Below are positions 50,456-63,345 of a stretch of DNA of 64,000 bases, piece by piece. How positions within the stretch are numbered: the stretch's first letter is position 1; each line of letters opens with the position of its first letter. The stretch lies in NCBI RefSeq assembly GCF_001194135.2, contig NC_068984.1:914433-978432 (forward strand). The letters are read 5' to 3'. Source of the stretch: Octopus bimaculoides (taxonomy: Eukaryota). A program made the position numbers and the translations under genes. The notes beneath the pieces were generated by a model. The model worked only from the letters and a program-made list of their open reading frames with translations, did no database searches and was not told the DNA's origin.

Positions 50456-52089
50456 AAGTGAAACTCTGGTATCTCGTGTGGTCTTTCTTTTATGTAAGAC
50501 TCGGTACGAAACCCGCACTTCTTATCCGTGAAGAGTCGGACATTGGGAGGTCAATACGGACATTTTGCGTACATACAGCTTTAGCGGCTCCAGTAGAGAA
50601 CTGCTGTTTTTTATGTCCAAAAGTTTGCTCAACTACTACGGGGCCGAATATTGCTTTTAAACAAAATCCCTAGGACGGTGCCACTGTTAGTATGATTCTT
50701 GGCCAAATTATGTGCTACATTGGGTACATGAAGAAATTAAAACAAAATCAGTGTCAGTTTGTTTTGTGAGGGCCTATGGTAAAAATATTGCATCTGGCTT
50801 CATAGGAAATCGAACAGACGACCACCACCATTACACCCCTTCTCCCTTTGTCTCTCTCTGTATATATGTGGGTGGGTGTGTGTTAGAGAGAGAGGGAGAA
50901 AGATGACGACGCGTATAGGATAGACGATTGCTTTAAACATAGGTCGAAAGCCCACTGGCAGAATAGAAAATTGACCGAAAACACATTAGTCAACATAGCC
51001 TTTATCAAAAGACATATTCGTGTAATATTCGATGAAACACAAAGAAACTAAATGTCGATTCATTTTTTAAGCAATTTATTTTAATTTTAAAAACATTATG
51101 AGCAGATTATTTTTTAAATGAAATATATTTTCAATTTATTCTCAGACACTTTTCTTTATAAGAAAATGAACATAATTATGAGAAAAGATGAAAAGATTAT
51201 TTATATCCAAGATTATACGCAATATCTCACAGATAATTTTTAATTTCTCTGATTTGCATTGTCCAGCTCAACAGTTCGAATTCCTTTTGAGGAAATAATG
51301 CTTTTAAAATTCTTTGGTTCAACAGGAGTACCAATTTGTACAAGAACTACCGAGTTTCAACGAGATGTTGTCGACGTATAACGTTGCACACGAGATAAAC
51401 GTATGAATGTCTTGTACCAATGAAGTCAAAATGTTTACGCAAGGCTTTCATATGATTATTTGTGCAGTCCTGACTTTTAATGTATTCCTCATTCCATACA
51501 AGAAAAATAAATAAATCTACCATATCGTTCACGACACCTTTTTCTCGGGGTATAAACTTCCTGAAAAGTTTTTAGAAACGGCTATTACGATTCACGGATT
51601 CTAAAGATATTTTCTGATAGAGAAATTGGACATTAACAAACGTAAACACCGACCATGCTAACTAAAGAGTAATGAGCAACCAACGGGTTATAAATGCTGA
51701 TATCAACTGCGTTCATGCCCAATATGCACTTAGCTAAAATTTCAACAAGGCTTTCCAAGGCCATTCTATTCTGTTCAACGGATCCCCTGACATTACCATA
51801 CATATCTCCAGGTTTGCTTCTCACAAACTTCTCAGGTTTGATTTTTTTTATCATACCTTTGTTAACGTTTATGTTTTTCACGTGCAATCATTGTTTCGAA
51901 ATATTTCTTAGAAAAATATTTAAACTCTTTAAATTTTGACGAATATTGTAACTTTTCCGCGACTAATATGGTTTTTATCAATTTTTTCTTTTACCGAATT
52001 TGTTTTTCGATCAATGTAATTTCATAACGAATTTTCGGTGGTCTTATAAACCGTGATGTGGGTGTTGTTACTTCTACTTTTCGTAATTT

Positions 52090-52742
52090 TTATGAACTGG
52101 GTTGACATGCGCAGCCATTGTGGAAGTGGAACCACAATTGGTGGGTGTAGGGTTGGTCGGCTGATAGTTCTTGAGGACATGGTGCTACATGGCTGATGAG
52201 AAGATGATTTCCAGCATACACTGAATGGGTTCACTGCCGAGGGCTGCAAAGTAGGGGTGAGAATGAATATTGCAAAGCCTGAGGCAGAGATCTTCTCACG
52301 AAACTCGCCCTAGTGCACTCTGCATGTTAGCGAAACGTCTTTGAGACAAGTGGAGAAGTTTAAGTATCTTGGGGCTGCATACACGTGTGATGGAAGCGCA
52401 AGGAGCTGAATCGGATGCCAGAATTTCAGGTACTGGAATGGTAATGTACCATTTACAGCATTCGATCCTTGGGCAAGGAGAGGTTGGTAAAAAAGCCAAA
52501 TCTCTTCAATTTGGTTTTCGCACCTATCTTCGCCTCTGGTCATGACCGTTGAATAATGACTGAAAGAGTACGATCGCGAATAGAAGCGGTCGGGATGGGC
52601 TTCTTCTGAAGTACGTCTGAAGTAACGTTACTCGACAGGCTGCGTAACTCGAGATTAGGGATTCTCTCCAGGTCGAGCCGCTACTTCTCCGCATTGAGAG
52701 ATCACAACTCTGCCACTGCAAACATGTAATTAGAATGTCGTA
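52090..52742 (+). mobile_element. RTE-clade LINE RT fragment (domains 5-7 and thumb)
   Basis: RMNIAKPE...LRQVEKFKYLG...MTERVRSRIEAVGMGF...VTLLDRLRNS...LQVEPLLLRIERSQL...HVIRM. Confidence 0.85.
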
Positions 52743-52744
52743 GG

Positions 52745-53589
52745 ATGGATTCTTTAAGCTGAGCCAACCTGCATGAGATCTACGGATTAACCGGCATGTT
52801 GTCGGCTATTTCGGCATAGTTGGCTGCTGCGTCCTTCTCGCTCCCTTCTCGTCAAAAATAAGTTCCTAGCTGCTACTTTAATGCAATTCATTGTACTTAC
52901 AAAGTTCCTATCTTTCCTCAATTTTCTGATCTGAACACCATCAAATACTCTACCTTTTATCTTTTCACTGCTCAGAAATGTGCCACAGATATAGTGAAAG
53001 CATGATCCATCTTAATCCAGAGCTTTAACATAATGCCAAGTTTGATATGGAGTGGAGGTAGGGCGATTTTTCTCGGTTGAATCAAAGGCTCTTCAACCAT
53101 ACTAAAAGACCCTGGAACTAATGTTCACGGCAATCATTCTTTGATCATCCAATGTTTTCCCCTGGCTCTGCTGTCCTCCATACATAAAAAAAGCTTGGAT
53201 AATTAATGCATCTACTTTGTTATCCCAGGAGAAAACTGATCATCTTAAAGCCCACGCATATCACCCACTGATGATTGTGGGACTTAATTATCTCTACAAT
53301 TGTTTTCACGACTTCATATTTTTCTGCTAGTTTTGTAGAGTGACTAATTGGAACAGAGGCTAATATATTTCCATGATGAGTTTGAACACATTTCAAAATT
53401 CTTTTCGAGCTATCAGTAAAAATGAGCCATTTCTGAAAAAGTGAGGAAAATTGCGAAAATTATTGAGTTTGGTTATCTTGAAATCTAGACGTGATGGTAA
53501 AAAATGGATCTCTTTTTTGGATTCAGCATATCAAAAGACCTTCAAATCAGGTAAAAATGTCCTGACAGCAAAATACCTGATGGGTTGTG
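52745..53589 (-). mobile_element. CMC-superfamily (Chapaev3-like) DNA transposon: terminal region plus transposase fragment
   Basis: HGNILASVPISHS...HQWVIC.GFKMISFLLG...DSRARGKHW...EPLI...LPPLHIKLG...VKALD...LSSEKIK..FDG.QIR; subterminal gaaatctagacgtga...ggattcagc; possible CAC terminus at 53589; family name from recall. Confidence 0.7.
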
Positions 53590-54929
53590 TTATTGGTTAA
53601 ACAGGACAGATGAAGACTTTGAAAAAGGTTGAAAGGAAATCATTGGCGGTTTAAAGGATTTTAATTTGAAACCGGAGATTCAGGTTGTTGGGAGCTTCGA
53701 CGTTTCCGTTTAAAGACATTCACTACTTTGTGATGATTACAGAGTTATTATTGATAAGCATATCTGTTCCCAGAAAAAGATGTTCCGATGGCTTCGGGTA
53801 CACAGAAATGTTTTTCTACATTTACATATGGCAAAACAAATTGCTTTACTGAATTTTCAGAATCTTTTAAGCTGCGTCAATATCAATGGAATTGTTTCGT
53901 TCAAGCTGACAGTCTATCAAATTATGGAACTAAGAAAACGGGTGATTATTTGAGAGAGTGGAGTGAGACAGAGGGAGAGAGAGAAGTCAATCTTTTGATA
54001 TAGTAATCTTTGTCCCATTCTTTCTACACTCCTCTCTCGTATAAATATTTTCTTTTCCCCGTTTCATTTCTGCATTCTTTTTTCTTCCTCATCTCCTCTT
54101 CCTTCTCCTCACTCTCGAAATATATATTTTGTTCAATCTTTCTTCCCAGTGGTTTAAGTCAAAGCCACAGAATGAATACACACTTGAAGGTCAAAGTTAT
54201 TTCTTAAAGTTCACTTCGAAATAACTTCCACACATCTGGAGACAATAAAGACAAAAAATTAAACAGGATGAACATTTCGCTACTTAATCCTGTTACTGCG
54301 TTTCTTGTTGATCATTAGGTTTGCTACTCGTGCGCGATAAAATTAGATTGGAAACAATAATCGTTCGATAATTTTAAAAAGAAATTACATTTATATGATT
54401 CAATGTTTATAGAAATAGTGATTGAAATGTCAAATGGTGTGTGTTGTTAGTGAACGAATATCGATAAAGATACAAACCAAACATTAGAAATCAATTTTTG
54501 TCAGTTAAATCAACAATTTCTCACGATCAAGGACGAGATTTATTTCTTCAGAGACGAGTCGCAGACTAACAGAACCTCAGTCCAAGTTCGATTCGTGATT
54601 GAAACTATTTATTTTACATTGTTTTCGCTGCAAATAATTTTTCATGGAATCGGAACGATTAAAACAGCTCCTGAAATATTTCTTCTTTGGTGCTTTGGAA
54701 AACAAGAGAAGCAATTTGTATGAAATATCTGGTGATTATCGCAGACCAAGCAATAGTAATTTCCCCAGCGAGCAAAGACCAAAATCCAGTTTCAATTTTC
54801 AGATAAACGTACTTCATTTTTTATATAAATGACATTGGGAAAAGTATATCTGCTCCAACATCCCATCCTCCATTAAGTAAAGTAGAGGAACCGTATGTCT
54901 ATTCAAGAGAACTAAGTTGCCGGTAATCA

Positions 54930-55064
54930 GAATAGGTGCAATTCCCTGAATGCTGATTACATTGACCCCAATACCCTGCTGGTATTTATTGTATCGACGT
55001 CAAAAGAATGAAGGACAAAGTCGACCTCGGCGAAGTTTGAACTCAGAACGAAGTACCGCTAAGC

Positions 55065-55066
<2 letters not shown>
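54930..55066 (-). mobile_element. SINE family C, partial
   Basis: gattacattgaccccaat...gtatcgac...aagaatgaaggacaaagtcgacctcggcgaagtttgaactcagaacg. Confidence 0.8.
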
Positions 55067-55110
<44 letters not shown>

Positions 55111-55111
<1 letters not shown>

Positions 55112-55287
55112 CCTTTGAGGGGAAGGAGATAGTTCATCACATCGACCCCAATACTTTATTTATCGACCCCGCAAGGACGAAAGGCAAAGTCGACCTCGGC
55201 AGAACTGGAACGCGAAACGTAACGACGGGCGAAATACCGCTAAGTATTTCATCCAGTGTGCTAACAATTTTGCCAGCTCGATGCCTT
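55111..55287 (-). mobile_element. SINE family C with (ATT)n-type tail
   Basis: atcgaccccgcaaggacgaaaggcaaagtcgacctcggc...aaataccgctaagtatttc...gccagctcgatgcc; the tail abuts 55065-55110. Confidence 0.85.
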
Positions 55288-55723
55288 ACACACAGATAGA
55301 GAAATCAAGGCTAATAGGCGGGATATAGTTGTCAGAGATCACCAACAAAAATTGCTTTCTAATCGATGTATCAATATCAACAGATGACAATGTTTCTCTA
55401 AAAGAAACGGAGAAACTTTCAAAATACAAAGATCTGGAGATAGAGGTAACTCGAATGTGGAGTTTAAATGCAGAAACAATTCTTATAATAGGCGCGTTAA
55501 ATATGATAAAAGAAAAATATTCAGCCAAATGCATAACAGAGACACCGGGACTTACAAGTATATAACATACAGAAAATAGCACCACGAGGCACCACACACA
55601 TCCTACGTCAAACACTTTCAATACAGTAAAAATGAGAGCATCACAACAAACCACAGCACATAACCAAGACACACAGAGCTGCGCTCGGTAGTGCAGTGAA
55701 GGCACATGAAAAAAATAAGACTA

Positions 55724-55728
<5 letters not shown>
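55288..55728 (+). mobile_element. R4/Dong-type LINE RLE 3' end with (TAA)n tail
   Basis: HTDREIKANRRDIVVRD...FLIDVSISTDDNVSLKETEKLSKYKDLEIEVTRMW...IIGAL...; tail at 55728-55797. Confidence 0.9.
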
Positions 55729-55797
<69 letters not shown>

Positions 55798-55859
55798 TGA
55801 AAGGCAAAATCAAATGTATGGACGGGCTAGCGATATCGTTGGGGTTAGGGTTACGATCA

Positions 55860-56110
55860 TAATATAGCGGCGAAAGAATTTGACAAGATCAGTAAATATA
55901 AAGACTTCTTAATAGAAATTGAAAAAATGTGGCATCTCAAGGCGACTACCGTACCAGTGATTGTAGGATCTCTACGAATGATTAAAAAAAGGTACTGAAA
56001 CCTATTTGAAAATGATACCAGGCTTACCATCCCTACAGGAAGTGCAAAAAAATCGTGCTTACTGGAACGACTCATGTACTGAGAAGAGCATTATCGCTGT
56101 GAAAACAACA
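55860..56110 (+). mobile_element. R4/Dong-type LINE RLE 3' end
   Basis: NIAAKEFDKISKYKDFLIEIEKMWHLKATTVPVIVGSL...IPGLPSLQEVQK...GTTHVLRRALSL*. Confidence 0.88.
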
Positions 56111-56295
56111 TCCATTCATGAATTTATTTATTTATTTATTTATTTAATTAAATACATATTTTACCTGTGAATTTGCGTGTGTAAACTGGAAATGCGTACA
56201 ATGAGTTTCCCTGCCCTAGGTGTACGGAAAACACTCGGCGAGAAATGGAAGAAAATTTGAAGAAAGAAGAAAAAACATAATAATAATAATAATAA

Positions 56296-56482
56296 TTCAG
56301 CGACAAGGCAAACAGTTACGGGGGGAGGGAGTAAATCGATTGTATTGACCCCAGTGTTCAACTGGTAATTATTTAATCGACCTCGAAAGGATGAAAGGCA
56401 AAGTTGACCTTGACAGAATTTGAACTCGGATCGTAAAGCATTTTGCCCGACGCACTAACGATTCTTCCAGCTCCACCGCCTT
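56296..56482 (-). mobile_element. SINE family C
   Basis: gaccccagtgttcaactggt...atcgacctcgaaaggatgaaaggcaaagttgacc...gaatttgaactc. Confidence 0.85.
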
Positions 56483-56530
56483 AATAATAATAATAGTAAT
56501 AATAATAGTAATGATGATGATGATGATGAT

Positions 56531-56690
56531 TCTTTCTGATCTTGGTAGAAGGCCAACAATTTTGAGGGAAATAGGCAAATCGATTACAACTTGTAAGTAT
56601 TTTATCGATTCCAAAAGAATGAAAGATAAAACCGACTTCGAAAAAATTTGGAGCCAAAAACGAATGAAGCGCCACTAAGCATTTTGTCCG
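56531..56690 (-). mobile_element. SINE family C, diverged
   Basis: gaaggccaacaattttgagggaaa...tatcgattccaaaagaatgaaagataaaaccgacttcg...ccactaagcattttgtccg. Confidence 0.7.
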
Positions 56691-57085
56691 ACTCGAATTT
56701 AATAATTACGACTGGGAAAGTACCTAGGGCTGTTCGTTGCATAAAACACTAATAGTAAAGTCAGTGCTAGCATAATTTAATGAGTTAAGAAATTTTAGTT
56801 AATCAAAATTTCTTGTGTTGAGAAGAATTAATTATTGTACAAAAAGTAGGGGAGACAGCACCTTAGTTATAATCAATTAGTTATAATGAATTAAAAGTGG
56901 AATGCAGGAATACAGTGGAGTCTAAGCTTTAGTCAAACAGAAGGGTGACAACTCCTGACATGTTTCAATATTATTAGACCTCATTTATCATGTTCACTTT
57001 AAAATCAAATAGAACATAGGACATGTCCTTGAAAATGAAAATTCTTGGAAATAAACTAAATGTTCAAAGACTGGTGCTGAGATAA

Positions 57086-57304
57086 ATATTATTCTAGGCA
57101 TAAGGCACAAGGCCCGACATTTTGGGGTGAGAGGGCCAGTCGATTAGACCGACCCCAGTACGCAACTGGTACTTGATTTATCGACCCCGAAAGGATGAAA
57201 GGCAAAGTCGACCTTGTTGGAATTTGAACTCAGAACGTAAAGACAGACGAAATACCACTAAGCATTTCGCCCGGCGTGCTACCGTTTCTGCCAGCTCGCC
57301 GCCT
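57086..57304 (-). mobile_element. Full-length SINE family C with 11-bp TSD
   Basis: TSD tgctgagataa at 57075-57085 and 57305-57315; A box TGGCAGAAACGG, B box GAGTTCAAATTCC; body gtcgactttgcctttcatcctttcggggtcgataaa resembles my recall of the MetaSINE domain. Confidence 0.93.
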
Positions 57305-57493
57305 TGCTGAGATAAGTATGATTGTATTTTTGTTTTTCTTGTTGTTTAGCTCCAAGTCAGTTCTGATTCGATAGATTTATGATCATTAATACTCCAACCA
57401 TGACCATCCAATCTTATTCTAATGCTTAATGCATCCTGGGAATTATCTATTTTGCATACCAATTTTTCTTGTTAAATGAAGGAGAGACGTGAC

Positions 57494-57734
57494 TTATTTC
57501 TTATTTCTTTGTTGCCCACAAGGGGCTCAACATAGAGGGGACAAACAAGGACAGACAAAGGGATTAAGTCGATTACATCGACCGCAGTGCGTAACTGGTA
57601 CTTAATTTATCGACCCCGAAAGGATGAAAGGCAAAGTCGACCTCGGCGGAATTTGAACTCAGAACGTAACGACAGACGAAATACCGCTAAGCATTTCGCC
57701 CGGCCTGCTAACGTTTCTGCCAGCTCACCGCCTT
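57494..57734 (-). mobile_element. Full-length SINE family C variant with Tx1-like 3' tail
   Basis: Same head and body as 57086-57304, but the tail is ...tttgtcccctctatgttgagccccttgtgggcaacaaagaaataagaaataa. Confidence 0.9.
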
Positions 57735-58059
57735 GACTGTTATTTCTAGCAGGTTATTCAACCACGTAATAGCTTCCTTGTTAACTCGAATCATCAAGGA
57801 ATCCCTGGTAGTAGAATTAAAGATCTATGAGATGGAGGCAGAGGACTCCGGTTGCAAAGGGAGTTAATATAAAATGTACTGTTGGCTTGTCAGTTATTGT
57901 TCAGGTATAGGATTAGGACTGTGTGGAACGATCGGAGGGAGTCTGGTCTGAAGTCAAGCATTCCAACATCTGCCAGTTGCCTTCTCTAAGTTCATGAGGA
58001 AGATTTGAACTCACTACTCTAAGCTTACGAAAAACCACTTAAATCTGTTGTATTTCTTA

Positions 58060-58370
58060 GTAGTTCAGAGTATTCGGCTCATGATCGTAAGATCGGACGT
58101 TCGATTCCCGGCAACGCGTTGTGTCCTTGAGCAAGATACTTTATTTCACGTTGCTCCAGTCTACTGGCAAAAGTGAACAGTACCTGTAATACAAAGGGAG
58201 CCAGCCTTGTCCCATTCGGTATCACACTGAATCTCACTGAGAACTACGTTAAGAGTTATGCATGTCTGTGGAGTACTCAGCCACTTGCACGTTAGTTTCA
58301 CGTGCAGGCTGTTCTGTTGATCGAATCAATTGGAACGTTCATTGTCGTAACCGACGGAGTGGCGGTAGTA
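58060..58370 (+). mobile_element. tRNA-derived SINE family A, near full length
   Basis: B box gttcgattccc and body gcgttgtgtccttgagcaagatactttatttcacgttgctccagt, as at 249 and 12685. Confidence 0.8.
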
Positions 58371-60287
58371 TGTTGTATTTACGTTACTACCGTGAACAAA
58401 ACCTGGCCTCATTACCGTGTGCTAACGATATGCCTATTAGATATATTACACCAACACTACTACCGAGAAGAGAACTTAAGCTCATTGCAGTAAGTTGAAT
58501 AATCTGTATTCGGACGGTTACCCATAATGCCGTGGTAAGTATTTACTGCTGGATCGGCCGAGATACTGAAAGGTAGCACCGTGACTGCGACTACAGCACA
58601 CTCCAAATGACAAAGAATTAGTTGAAGGTTCTTCAGCAGAGATGCTCGTCCCACCCACTCAGTGAAGAAGCCAAGAAATGAAACATGCACATAATGAAAT
58701 ATATTAAACTATTCAGAAGGGAATTTACGTTACCATTAGCAACTAGATTTGTCCTCCTGGCAATCATCAATAAACCAATCAATTTAGTTTCACCTTTGCT
58801 TTAAACCCCAGTTAACACTCTACTTCTTTCTCCTTTTCACCTTGAAACAATATTTCATTTGTATTTAAATCAAGTTCTTCATGTCTCTTTTGCAGAAATA
58901 TCAAATATATTTGCCTTCACGTTTGCTTTCTTCGTTGTTTTCCTCTTCATAAATCTTTCCAACTTGATTATTTATATATTTTTGATGTATCCAAACTATT
59001 TTGATTTACTTTTTTATTTAATCCCCTTAATATTAAAATGAATTATTGCTCCGTTATATTAATAAATTAAAAATTAATTGAACAGGAAATCCTAATTAAA
59101 AAGCGGAAGATAATTATGGCAGTTTCAGAACCCAACCAGCCAAACTTCATGTTGATGGAATATAGCTGTGAGGTACTGAAGCGAAACAGCAACTTGTAGA
59201 AATAGAGACTTATCATAAATCGAAAATCGAACATTCTAGAAATTAGGGGGTCATTGTCCTGTAGACCTGAGTCATCTCAGGCTAGACAGATCCTTGAATA
59301 AAGATACACCGGTGATCAATCTTTCTTTTTTTAGGGGAATGTAGGGCTACATTATAAAATTTAGACCAAATAGACGCTCCAATCAAGGGATAAGCTTAGG
59401 CGTTCACTGGTTCATCAAGGAAGGGAGGGGGCTGCGTTTTATGACGCTCATTTCTTCAGTTATCCTCAGAGTAGAGACCAGGGCCAAACGCTTGCAACAG
59501 AGCTAATTCCGCTGAAGGCACACAAAGACCAAGTGGTGATGGTGAGGAGTGTGTCCAGGAATAAGTCAACCATCCAAGAACTCAGACAGCAAAGAACTGG
59601 TAAAAACATCAAAGGCTATTTTGCGTAACGTTCTAAGAAAAAAAAATGCCAATTTCATCGTCTTTGAACAAAACCGTTTTTCTGTAGACAAGAGAGTAAT
59701 TTCTTGCAACAAAAGTGTTCGGATTTTTTTTTTAATGGGTTTCATAACACAATCTGTCAAGAAAAAGTGAAAGAAATGAAAGAAACCTTAAAACCAAAAT
59801 TCCAAAATATAATCATAGAATCGTGTCGACCATTTCCTGACAAGGCTCGAAAAATTCAAATATAGATGAACAATGCAGAACCACGATGATCTGTTGATTC
59901 TACATAGGACTGGTTTTCGCCAGAAGGAACCCCATGGAAAAAATTTACAAGACAAGACAGGTTTTACAGCTTCCACAATATTCAGTATATTAAGAGGCAC
60001 CGAACTACACTGAATCATGAAGTTGAGTCTCAGCTAATACAGAATCTCTTTGTGATAATGGCCGATATAAATTCGGGTTAGTTGGTTGATTTCTGCTGTC
60101 TGGTTACCTGATATATAGACAGGGGAGGGAGGAAATAAAGGGGAGACAGACAGACAGACAGACAGACAAAGCTAACACAAGAAGTTAAAGTCGTCGATAG
60201 AGAAACACTGGAACTGACATGGCGGCGATGGTAAATGATAAAAGGTACAGAACCGGTAGACGCCGAATGCATGACACATGCTTCCAT

Positions 60288-60334
<47 letters not shown>

Positions 60335-60567
60335 TACATACATACACACTCACATACATACATGCATACACACACACACTTATACATACACACAAAGATA
60401 CATACATACATACATACATACATACATGCATACACACACACATACATACACTCTCTCACACACACATGCACACATATATTCAGTCACACATAGAGAGACA
60501 TAACTTTACTTTAAGTCAAAGGATAACATTGAGAAAACTGTTGGGAGAAGCAATATGTTTGTACAGC

Positions 60568-60605
<38 letters not shown>

Positions 60606-61069
60606 ATGGTTAAGGAGGCTATGTTCCGGTAGAGTCTGGCAAAAGTAAATATCTCAGTAACGTGGGTGGGGGTCTCTAGACGGTCACTTGACGTTTTAGA
60701 GATAGCAGCCAAATCTCCTCAAATTACATACTACCGTCTCAAAATGTGAAGAACGCATTATGTAATGTACTCCTAGATATCCTTAGATAAGATGATCCTA
60801 ACAGGAATCCCTTTGATTATAGAGCTAACTATAGATTATCAATCAGAATTGATTTAAAACTAAGGATACATCACATCGGTAAAAATAATAACAAGAAATG
60901 TTTAATAAAACTCTTGTAAAATAATTTGGTGAATTGGCATTCTGAAAATAATAAGGAAATCAGCCACAAGATTCTTTATCATTAACTTCTCCATTCATAT
61001 ATCATTCCGTTCTAACAAGAAGGAAACCGAGAAAGAGTAATATATATATAGATAGATTGGTTTCAGATT

Positions 61070-61262
61070 TTGGATCAAGACCAACAAGTTCGGGGATAAA
61101 TCAATTACATCGAGGCCATTGCTCAACTGACATTTATTTTATCGGCCCTGAAAGGAAAAGTCGACATCGTTGGAATTTGAAAAGAGAACGTAAAGACGCA
61201 TGAAATGCAGCTGAGCATCTTGCCCAACGTGCTAACTAACGATTCTGCCATGTCGCCGCTTC
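61070..61262 (-). mobile_element. SINE family C, diverged
   Basis: aatcaattacatcga...atttattttatcggccctgaaaggaaaagtcgac...ggaatttgaa...aacgattctgccatgtcgccg. Confidence 0.75.
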
Positions 61263-61511
61263 GTGGGCAGTTATAATAAAGTAGACTTTACATCAATCTC
61301 ATGGGTTACTCTATGCTTTGGTAGAGTACAAATTTACTATTCTTAAATAAGAATACAGTAGTACCACGGCTTACGAACGCCTCTGATCACGAATAAATCG
61401 TGCTATATATATATATATCTATTTATTTATTTATTTATTTATGGGTTTCAGCCAAGTGGCTGAGCACGATTTATTCGTGATGAGAGTGTTCGAAAAGACG
61501 AGGTACTACTG

Positions 61512-61595
<84 letters not shown>

Positions 61596-61613
61596 TACAG
61601 AGACATACACACA

Positions 61614-61647
<34 letters not shown>

Positions 61648-61661
61648 AGCACACACACATA

Positions 61662-61828
61662 CATACAACGGGCTTCTTTCAGTTTCCGCCCACCAAATCC
61701 ACTCACAACGCTTTGGTCGGCCCGAGGCTATAGCAGAAGACACATGCCGATGATGTCCCGCAGTCGAACTGAACGCGGAACCATGTGGTTGGGAGGCGAG
61801 CTTCTCGCCACACAGCTACGCCTACGCC
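61662..61828 (-). mobile_element. SINE family B, 5' half (head plus CORE-like body)
   Basis: Reverse complement ggcgtagctgtgtgg...ccacatggttccgcgttcagttc...tgtcttctgctatagcctcgggccgaccaaagc.ttgtgagtggatttgg matches 16345-16430. Confidence 0.85.
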
Positions 61829-62494
61829 AACATACATTGTTTATACAAGATTGGTAGCCAGTAAATAATCCTTAATTGGGCTATTCAAAATCGTATGGAA
61901 GAACATGTTGGAAAAAATACTAAACAAGTTTCCATGTGTGATTCATATGTAGACGTTATCTAAAACTAATAGTATTGATCATGTAACACATTGGCAGTCG
62001 ATCCTTGTTTCTGAATTCAATTAGACAAACATATCCACTGGAAACATCACAGCCAAGTCATAAACATATCATAGAAATATCTCCTGCTTAAAGTGAAAGT
62101 AAGGCTGTCAAAAAACGCAATGAAAAGAGGCGGAGAAATTATATTTCCACCGATTCTTTTATTGAGAGGAAGTAGTCAAAGTCATATTTATTAATCGTAA
62201 TACATGTGTAAATATATTTCTATATATGTGTATATACGTATGTATGTGTGAGTGTGTCCGTATGTGTGTATGTCCGTCCGTACGTGTGTGTGTGTGTGTG
62301 TGTGTATGTGTGGACGCTTCCCTACATGCTTGCCTCTGAGTCTGTATGAATGTTGTATGAATGTGTTCCCATTTTTTGCATTGGATGTGTATTTCGATCT
62401 TTCAGCCAGGCTTTCTTGACCCCAGCTGACCTTCAGCCCTCAGTCTGGTCAGTGTTTTTCTTTTCCTTTTCCTTTTCTCTTTTTACATATTTAT

Positions 62495-62646
62495 GGTTTT
62501 ATATGTTTTCTTCCGCCCCAGGACGTACTTTTTAAAGCCCGGTACTTATCGATATCTTAAAACTGAACCGCTACGTTACGGTGACGTAAACACACCAAAA
62601 CCAGTTTTCGAGCGGTGGTGGGGGACAAGTGGGGGACAAACACAGG

Positions 62647-62678
<32 letters not shown>

Positions 62679-62814
62679 CACACACACACACACACACCGG
62701 TAATCTGGAACCAAGTGAGATGAACTCCGTTGCTCAAAGATATTGCGTTACATGGGGCTGGAACTGAACCCAAGATGCTACCATCTATGTGTTGAACGTC
62801 TTAACAACTGAGCC
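62495..62814 (-). mobile_element. SINE family B, degenerate, with internal (CA)n
   Basis: ttacggtgacgtaaacacacc...gggggacaaacacagg (3' half) and an ggctcagttgttaagacg head next to the gap. Confidence 0.65.
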
Positions 62815-63296
62815 NNNNNNNNNNNNNNNNNNNNNNNNNNNNNNNNNNNNNNNNNNNNNNNNNNNNNNNNNNNNNNNNNNNNNNNNNNNNNNNNNNNNNN
62901 NNNNNNNNNNNNNNNNNNNNNNNNNNNNNNNNNNNNNNNNNNNNNNNNNNNNNNNNNNNNNNNNNNNNNNNNNNNNNNNNNNNNNNNNNNNNNNNNNNNN
63001 NNNNNNNNNNNNNNNNNNNNNNNNNNNNNNNNNNNNNNNNNNNNNNNNNNNNNNNNNNNNNNNNNNNNNNNNNNNNNNNNNNNNNNNNNNNNNNNNNNNN
63101 NNNNNNNNNNNNNNNNNNNNNNNNNNNNNNNNNNNNNNNNNNNNNNNNNNNNNNNNNNNNNNNNNNNNNNNNNNNNNNNNNNNNNNNNNNNNNNNNNNNN
63201 NNNNNNNNNNNNNNNNNNNNNNNNNNNNNNNNNNNNNNNNNNNNNNNNNNNNNNNNNNNNNNNNNNNNNNNNNNNNNNNNNNNNNNNNNNNNNNNN

Positions 63297-63345
<49 letters not shown>

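Noticed and set aside
51640-51900. Possible Gypsy integrase C-terminal remnant on the minus strand (RYDKK...GD...WK)
   Set aside because: It needs several frameshifts, and no LTR or other pol motifs are nearby.
59130-60010. Non-repetitive stretch with several 60-80 aa ORFs
   Set aside because: No recognisable domain, and multiple stops in all frames.
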